From: a virus
Lineage: Duplodnaviria; Caudoviricetes
Strand: one strand, 5' to 3'
Virus record (IMG/VR): IMGVR_UViG_3300042140_000258
Location: 1-30,910 of that record
DNA: 30,910 nt
In this document: piece by piece, positions 25,348-30,910 of the stretch
Numbering within the stretch: position 1 is the stretch's first letter
Layout: every line of letters begins with the position of its first letter
Notes under the pieces: model-generated
The model's input: only the letters and a program-made list of their open reading frames with translations
Databases searched by the model: none
What the model was told of the DNA's origin: nothing
Program-made: the position numbers and the translations under genes

Positions 25348-25673
25348 CCGAGCGGTTCCTGTACCGGCTGGCGGCTCATCATCGGATCGTCAACGTCGAG
25401 CGGCTGAAGTCGCGAATCCCGATCTCCGCCCTGCGGAGGTGGATCGCGGCCTACCGCGTCGAGCCCTTCGGTGACGAGTGGGGCCGAACGGCCCTCCAGA
25501 CGCTGCTGATCCTGAAGGCCCTGGGAGCACAAGTCGACCCGCAGTTCCGCGAGATGTTCCTGCCGAGCTACGACCCAGACCGGGAGATGACCGAGGACGA
25601 GATTCAGGCCGAGTTGATGAAGTGCAGCGGGGCGCGGTTCGTGCCCCGGGACGAAGCGAAGGACACGCTCTGA
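25326..25673 (+). CDS. Tail assembly chaperone frameshift extension (gpT-like part of gpGT)
   Basis: FLYRLAAH...WIAAYRVEPFGDEW; no own start codon near the 5' end. Confidence 0.8.
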   Translation, partial: LRSRTGLTERFLYRLAAHHRIVNVERLKSRIPISALRRWIAAYRVEPFGDEWGRTALQTLLILKALGAQVDPQFREMFLPSYDPDREMTEDEIQAELMKCSGARFVPRDEAKDTL

Positions 25674-25674
25674 C

Positions 25675-27207
25675 ATGGCGACTATCGGCAAAGTATCCGC
25701 CGTCTTCATGGCCTCGACGTCGGGCCTCGTGTCCGGCACGCGGACGGCCGGCTCCGCGTTCAAGTCGCTCCAGAGCGACCTCGCCGGGCTCCGCGGCGGC
25801 ATGTCCGCCCTCGTCGCGATCAACTCCGCCCAGTTCTTCGGGCAGTTGGCGAGCGGGGCAGCCCGGGCGGTCAGCAGCATGATCAGCATGGGGCAGGCCC
25901 AGGCGGAGGTCATCGACACGACGAGCAAGCTCGCGGCCCGGCTGGGCATGAACTACGGCGAGCTGGCCGGGATCGCCCTGGCCGGCGACCTGGCCGGCGT
26001 CGGCCTGGAGACGATCGGGGCCGCGGCCACGAAGGCCGACGTCGCGTTCGTCAAGGCATCACAGGGCTCGACAACCGCCACGGCCGCCTTCGCGAATCTC
26101 GGCCTGACTGTGCAGCAGCTCTCCGGCCTCAACGCCGCCGACCGGTTTGAGCTGATCGCGTCGTCCATCGCGGCCATTCCGACCGAGGCCGGGCGGGCCG
26201 CGGCCGCCGTCCAGATCTTCGGCCGGTCGGGTGCCCAGCTGCTCCCGCTGTTCGCCGGCGGGGCCGAGGGCATCGCCCAGGCCCGGGAGGAGGCCGAGCG
26301 GTTCGGGCTGGCCCTCACGAATGCCCAGGGGCAGGACGTCGAGGCGATGAATGACGCGTTCACGCGTGCCCAGAAGGCCGTCGCTGGCGTCGTCCAACAG
26401 GTCACAGCCTACCTCGCCCCGGCGGTCAAGGCGGTGGCGGACACGTTCTCCAACCTCGTCGGCTCGATCGGCGGAGCGAACATCGGCCAGGCGATCGGCG
26501 ACGGCCTGCTCCAGGGGGCGCGGTTCCTGGCCCAGATCGGCGACTTCCTGATCCAAAACTTCGGAAGCACGTTTACGTACCTGTCGCAGGTCGGGCAGCA
26601 GTGGGGCGTGGTGGGGGAGTTTTTCAACCGGACGGCCAACTTCCTCTCGGGCGTGTTCAACGCGGCCCAGGCCGGGCTGGGGTTCGTGATCCTCGGGTTC
26701 ACTGGGGCCTTCGAGGGGCTCGCCACGATCGCCCAGCAGATCGGCCAGTTCCTCGGGTTCGACACATCCACGCTCGACGCGGTGGTGGCCGGGGCGCAGG
26801 CCTTCAACCAGGAGATATCCAACGGGATCACGGAGAACCTCACCCAGGCCCAGGCCGGCTTCGCGGCGGCGTTTGCCGACAACGCGACCCCGGTCGGGGC
26901 CGCGATCGCCGGGCCGCTGACGGCGGCTTTCGATGCCGCGACCGCCCAGGCAAAGGCATCGGCCGCCCAGATCCAAAGCGTGAAGCCGGCTCCTGTCGAG
27001 GTGCAGCAAACCGTCGAGTTCGCGGGCGTCAACGAGGCCATCAAGGGCATCGACTCCCGGTCGAAGGAGGGCGTGGCGGAGATGTTCCGCCTGATGCGCG
27101 GCACCGGACAGGACGTCCAGGAGAGGCAACTCGGCGTGCTCGAGCACATCGCCGACACCCTCGACAGCCAAGAGTCCGACTACCCCTTCGCCATCGACGG
27201 AGCGTGA
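25675..27207 (+). CDS. Tape measure protein
   Basis: MATIGKVSAVF N-terminus, AAAAVQIFGRSGAQLLPL, Ala/Gly-rich helical, after gpGT. Confidence 0.9.
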   Translation: MATIGKVSAVFMASTSGLVSGTRTAGSAFKSLQSDLAGLRGGMSALVAINSAQFFGQLASGAARAVSSMISMGQAQAEVIDTTSKLAARLGMNYGELAGIALAGDLAGVGLETIGAAATKADVAFVKASQGSTTATAAFANLGLTVQQLSGLNAADRFELIASSIAAIPTEAGRAAAAVQIFGRSGAQLLPLFAGGAEGIAQAREEAERFGLALTNAQGQDVEAMNDAFTRAQKAVAGVVQQVTAYLAPAVKAVADTFSNLVGSIGGANIGQAIGDGLLQGARFLAQIGDFLIQNFGSTFTYLSQVGQQWGVVGEFFNRTANFLSGVFNAAQAGLGFVILGFTGAFEGLATIAQQIGQFLGFDTSTLDAVVAGAQAFNQEISNGITENLTQAQAGFAAAFADNATPVGAAIAGPLTAAFDAATAQAKASAAQIQSVKPAPVEVQQTVEFAGVNEAIKGIDSRSKEGVAEMFRLMRGTGQDVQERQLGVLEHIADTLDSQESDYPFAIDGA

Positions 27208-27208
27208 C

Positions 27209-28096
27209 ATGGCCTGGGTGAGCTACCAGCGCGTCCCGACGGGCCTCGCCTGCAAGTACGGCGAGAGCATGCGCGTCCAGGAGAAGTGGCGGATCCGAGT
27301 CGACTCGCCGCAGACGGAACGGACCGATATCGTCGGCGGCGTCACGGGCACGATCGGCATCACGTGGGGCTCGGCCCACTCCGAGTTCCCGGCCCTGAAG
27401 GCGATGGAGTTCGACCTGTCGCCGGCGACCGACGATGCCATGCTGTGGATGCTGACCGTCTCGTTCTACGTCCCGCCTGCCGGGAAGGTCGTTCAGGAGA
27501 ACGGCATCCCGGAGGACGTCTGGGAGCGGAACGGCGGGGCCACGACCGTCCCGGCATTCACGGACGAGTCCGGCGCCACCATCACCAACTCCGCGAAAGA
27601 TCCGCTGGAAGGCCTGGAGAAGGAACGCGAGGAGACGAGCTGGAGCCTGACGAAGTATTACGAAGACCAGCAGTCGCTCGACGCCGACATCGACGCCGCG
27701 GCCGGCGCAGTCAATAACGGGGCCTGGGCTGGCGGTGCGGAGAAGACATGGAAGTGCTACTTCAAGGGGGCGAAGAAGCAGAGTATCTCCAAGCTCGACG
27801 ACAACCAAAACGGCGGGGTGCTCGAGTTCATTGAGTCCCGTTGGGAGTTCCGCTTTGACCCGGGCACATGGAAGGCCATGCCGTGGGATGTCGGCTTCAT
27901 GGAGCTCGTCGGGGCGGAGCGGAAGGCGATCCTCGGGAATGACGGCAAGCCGGTGAAACAGCCGGTGGCCCTCAACTCCAACGGCACGAAGAAGTCTCCG
28001 GGCCAGGCCCCGAGCGTGATCAACAACGGCCAGGGCGTGAACCTGTATCCGACGGCCGACTTCGGCGACATCTTCGGCACTCCGGAGCTGCTGTGA
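27209..28096 (+). CDS. Distal tail / tail tip structural protein (putative)
   Basis: Directly after tape measure; 295 aa; ITNSAKDPLEG. Confidence 0.65.
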   Translation: MAWVSYQRVPTGLACKYGESMRVQEKWRIRVDSPQTERTDIVGGVTGTIGITWGSAHSEFPALKAMEFDLSPATDDAMLWMLTVSFYVPPAGKVVQENGIPEDVWERNGGATTVPAFTDESGATITNSAKDPLEGLEKEREETSWSLTKYYEDQQSLDADIDAAAGAVNNGAWAGGAEKTWKCYFKGAKKQSISKLDDNQNGGVLEFIESRWEFRFDPGTWKAMPWDVGFMELVGAERKAILGNDGKPVKQPVALNSNGTKKSPGQAPSVINNGQGVNLYPTADFGDIFGTPELL

Positions 28097-28097
28097 G

Positions 28098-28598
28098 ATG
28101 GCGAACGTCCGGTTTTCCGAAGGTGACGCCCGCCGGATCGCGGCCGCGACCCGCGCCTACGAGCGCGGGAATCGCGACATGGCCCCGGTGCGGTTTCGCG
28201 ACCCGGGCGGGGACGGTGGCGATCCGATCCTGATCGGCAAGACCCCCTGCGATTGGGCTGTCGGGCAATGCGTGACGATCACGCTCTGGGGTGGCGCGGG
28301 CACCTGCACGCCGACACAGACCTCGCCCACCGCCACGGTCGAGAACGTCCGCAACCTGTCGCACGACGTGGCCCAGGATTCGTGGGTCGCCATCGGGAAG
28401 GCCGCCGACGGTCAGTGGTACCTCGTCGAGGCCGGTTCGCCAGACGATTCGGAGTCCTGCCGCCAGACAATCGGCGGCGAAGATTTCACGAAGTGGAGCG
28501 GCTGGAACGGCTCGGCGGTGCAGTTGCTCGGCCACGACGAAAACGGCTGCCTGAAGTGGTTCAATAGCGACGACTGCGAAGAGACAACCGGACCATGA
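28098..28598 (+). CDS. Minor tail protein (putative)
   Basis: Position; FSEGDARRIAAATRAYERG N-terminus. Confidence 0.65.
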   Translation: MANVRFSEGDARRIAAATRAYERGNRDMAPVRFRDPGGDGGDPILIGKTPCDWAVGQCVTITLWGGAGTCTPTQTSPTATVENVRNLSHDVAQDSWVAIGKAADGQWYLVEAGSPDDSESCRQTIGGEDFTKWSGWNGSAVQLLGHDENGCLKWFNSDDCEETTGP

Positions 28599-29875
28599 CG
28601 CAGGTCACGTTCAAAAACGGACTGCCGGTGATGCGTGGCGGCCAGGTCGTTACGTCGAAGGACTGCTGCTGCGGCGACTGTCTCTGCTGCTCTTGCGTTG
28701 AGCGTGTGTATTACTCCCCCGGCACACCGGGGGCCAACGCGCAGCCATTCGCGGGCATCGCGCCAGCCGGCGGCTCCTGGGCGTGGGATTCGACGCTCGG
28801 CGTGTACTACGGCGAGTTTCCATGCCACTACGTGGAATATGCGTTCTCTGAGTACGCGGCTTCGATTTTTCCGAACGCCGCCAACGCTGGCGCGGATGCC
28901 GCCTACTCGGGCGGCGGAACGTGGTGGAGGGGCAACCCATACATCGCAGAGTTTGGAGAGACTCGCTGCACTGGATCGACAGAGGAGGACTGCCAGCCGT
29001 GTCTCGCGTACCCAGGCACGCTGCCATCTGGAGACCCGCTGCCGACGCTCGCGCAACTACAGAAACAGTGTGGCATTTATCACCCATGCACGCCGTGCGA
29101 GAGTTGCAGCAACGCTGTCGATGGCTGCGGGGTGCCTGGAATAAATCAGTCGCAGGGGCTATTCAGCAACGGCAACGAGGGCGGCAGGCGATGGCCTGAA
29201 GGTATACCCTGGCCGCCGCCGGACGGCACATGCCCGTGCAAACTTTGTGACCTGCTGTGCATCATGGCCGTCCGTGTGACATGGAAGTCGAAGATGGCTA
29301 CTACCATCATCGACGGCAGACACTGGCCCGAGCAAAAGACTAACTGGCTGGGCATTACATACTGCGACTTTGGGCCAATCGACGGGCCTCCGTCGCTATC
29401 AGAATTGACGCTGCCGCCGAACACTGTGCTGATCTGGGGGCGCGACGCGGATTACTATGACAATCTGGGCTGGAACTGCAACACGGCAATCAAGCGCCAA
29501 AGTATGTACCCGCAGCCCCAGTATGACAGCGGATACCAGGGATCGTTCGGCTACCCCTGCTACCCAAACGATTCGTCTCTCCCGCCGGAGGAGACAGAGT
29601 GGTGGGATCAAGAGCTGGAGTATGTGGCGTATTACCACGTTGTCAGGACAGTCTCGGATTGCGGGGCGTGCCAGAGCTACGACATTGACTCTGCGTCGTC
29701 TGCGGAAGCGTTAGGGTGCGGCGGGATCAAGCAGATAGAGGCTGCACCGAGCTACTACTTCCAGGATGTTCCGTACGATGCGGCACAGTGGTTCAAGTGG
29801 GAGCCTGCTAATTGCGACTTCCCGTTTGCTTGCGGCATCGCGTGCTGGGATGTCGCGGAGAACCCTTTCCTATGA
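28595..29875 (+). CDS. Cysteine-rich putative receptor-binding/tail tip protein
   Basis: ATGA overlap; about 29 Cys in 426 aa, CCCGDCLCCSC; lower GC. Confidence 0.7.
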   Translation: MTQVTFKNGLPVMRGGQVVTSKDCCCGDCLCCSCVERVYYSPGTPGANAQPFAGIAPAGGSWAWDSTLGVYYGEFPCHYVEYAFSEYAASIFPNAANAGADAAYSGGGTWWRGNPYIAEFGETRCTGSTEEDCQPCLAYPGTLPSGDPLPTLAQLQKQCGIYHPCTPCESCSNAVDGCGVPGINQSQGLFSNGNEGGRRWPEGIPWPPPDGTCPCKLCDLLCIMAVRVTWKSKMATTIIDGRHWPEQKTNWLGITYCDFGPIDGPPSLSELTLPPNTVLIWGRDADYYDNLGWNCNTAIKRQSMYPQPQYDSGYQGSFGYPCYPNDSSLPPEETEWWDQELEYVAYYHVVRTVSDCGACQSYDIDSASSAEALGCGGIKQIEAAPSYYFQDVPYDAAQWFKWEPANCDFPFACGIACWDVAENPFL

Positions 29876-30306
29876 TTGCCGGCCCGCGTCGTCTATTTGA
29901 GGCTCGCTGCCGCGAGCGTGGATACACGCTGGAGGAGGTTCGCGCGTGCATCGTCGCGGAGGACGGCGACCAGATCACGGTTGACGAGACGCACGTGGCC
30001 TATCCGCGACAGGCGAAGCCTGGCGTGCCGCCGCCGCAAGCCGGCGGCCCGGGGACCGAGCTAAAAAAACTCCTCGCCATCATCGGCATCACGGCCACTC
30101 CTGACTGCTCGTGCAACGCCCGCGCCCGCACGATGGACGATCGCGGCTGCGGCTGGTGCGAGGAGCACATCGACGAGATCGTCGGCTGGCTCCGCGAGGA
30201 GGCTACCAGGCGGAAACTGCCGTTCGTCGATGCGGCCGGGCGACTGCTGGTGCGGCGGGCGATCAGGAATGCGCGAAAGGTCGAGTCGGCCAGTCCCGAA
30301 AATTGA
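29872..30306 (+). CDS. Phage hypothetical protein (GPGTELKKLL...CxC motif)
   Basis: ATGA overlap; GGPGTELKKLLAIIGI..CSCNARARTMD. Confidence 0.75.
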   Translation: MIAGPRRLFEARCRERGYTLEEVRACIVAEDGDQITVDETHVAYPRQAKPGVPPPQAGGPGTELKKLLAIIGITATPDCSCNARARTMDDRGCGWCEEHIDEIVGWLREEATRRKLPFVDAAGRLLVRRAIRNARKVESASPEN

Positions 30307-30330
30307 CTCACCACCCCGGCCTGGCACACT
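30303..30330 (+). promoter_or_regulatory. Putative sigma70-type promoter
   Basis: TTGACT, 16 bp, CACACT preceded by TGG; GGAGG RBS before ATG 30354. Confidence 0.4.
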
Positions 30331-30353
30331 GCCAGCCAACCCAGGAGGCACGG

Positions 30354-30910
30354 ATGCCACGTCCAGGCGAACCAGGCGGCGACCCGATCACCGAGATGGC
30401 GAAGCGGCTGTGCCTCGAGCACCCCGACGCCCCGGCGAAGACACTCGCCCGGCGGCTGCACGAGGAGGCAAACGGGGCGATCACGCTCCAGGCGGCCTAC
30501 GGGCGAATCCGCCGTCAGTTCGGTGTCAGTGGGGCTTTCCACCGGCAGCGATGCAAGCCCGTCGCAGCCCGCCCGCCCAGGCGGGCCGGCCAGGTCGCAG
30601 CGATGCCGCCGTCGAAGGCTGACGCCTGGGGGCCGCACGAGCTCGGCGTGGCTGGCAACGTCGGAGTGCTGTCCGACATCCACGTGCCCTACCACGACGA
30701 GACCGCCCTCCGGGCCGCGGTCGACCAGCTCCAGGGCGACCGGATCGACGCCCTCGTGCTCAACGGCGACATCGCCGACTTCTACGCGATCAGCCGCTAC
30801 ACGAAGGACCCGAAGAAGCGGAACTTCAGGGCCGAGGTGTCGGCCGTCCGCGAGATGCTCGCGTGGATCCGCGGCCAGTTCCCCGGCGTGCCGATCGTGT
30901 TCAAGGCCGG
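30354..30910 (+). CDS. Calcineurin-like metallophosphoesterase (3'-truncated by window end)
   Basis: Not in the ORF track; manual translation MPRPGEPGGDPITEMAKRL...VLSDIHVPYHD...VLNGDIADFYAISRY...IVFKAG. Confidence 0.88.
   Translation, partial: MPRPGEPGGDPITEMAKRLCLEHPDAPAKTLARRLHEEANGAITLQAAYGRIRRQFGVSGAFHRQRCKPVAARPPRRAGQVAAMPPSKADAWGPHELGVAGNVGVLSDIHVPYHDETALRAAVDQLQGDRIDALVLNGDIADFYAISRYTKDPKKRNFRAEVSAVREMLAWIRGQFPGVPIVFKA

Larger units (their letters stand above)
1..30910 (+). mobile_element. HK97-like siphovirus genome segment (phage or prophage)
   Basis: Colinear terminase, portal, protease, HK97-type capsid, neck, tail chaperone frameshift and tape measure genes; phage recombination/replication genes; dense ATGA/GTGA-coupled + strand ORFs; no host housekeeping genes. 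Confidence 0.97.

Noticed and set aside
28595-29875. Diversity-generating retroelement target
   Set aside because: No reverse transcriptase and no template repeat seen in the window
1-30910. Integrase, attachment sites or integron integrase
   Set aside because: No tyrosine or serine recombinase motifs seen; prophage versus free phage cannot be decided from this window

Overview
The whole window is a GC-rich, tailed dsDNA phage (or prophage) genome segment of the HK97-like siphovirus type, with all credible genes on the + strand. Order: early/recombination genes (Sak4-like AAA ATPase, SSB-like protein ending DDIPF), a lower-GC island (DUF3102-like protein plus MORC-type GHKL ATPase), an O-like replication initiator with an internal iteron-like origin, a variable region holding an integron attC-like site bounding a one-gene cassette, a RuvC-like resolvase, an HTH regulator, a collagen/Gly-rich fibre module, then HNH - putative cos - TerS - TerL - portal - prohead protease (fused to a HAD domain). 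An 8-gene membrane-protein/double-protease block follows, then the major capsid, neck genes, three small tail-tube-like genes, a tail chaperone with -1 frameshift, tape measure, distal tail genes including a Cys-rich protein, and a truncated metallophosphoesterase. A 17-bp motif (ATAGGGCCAATCGGTGG) precedes three late operons. No integrase, tRNA, CRISPR or canonical endolysin is visible. A Planctomycetota host is a tentative inference only. All product calls come from motif recognition by eye, not database searches.
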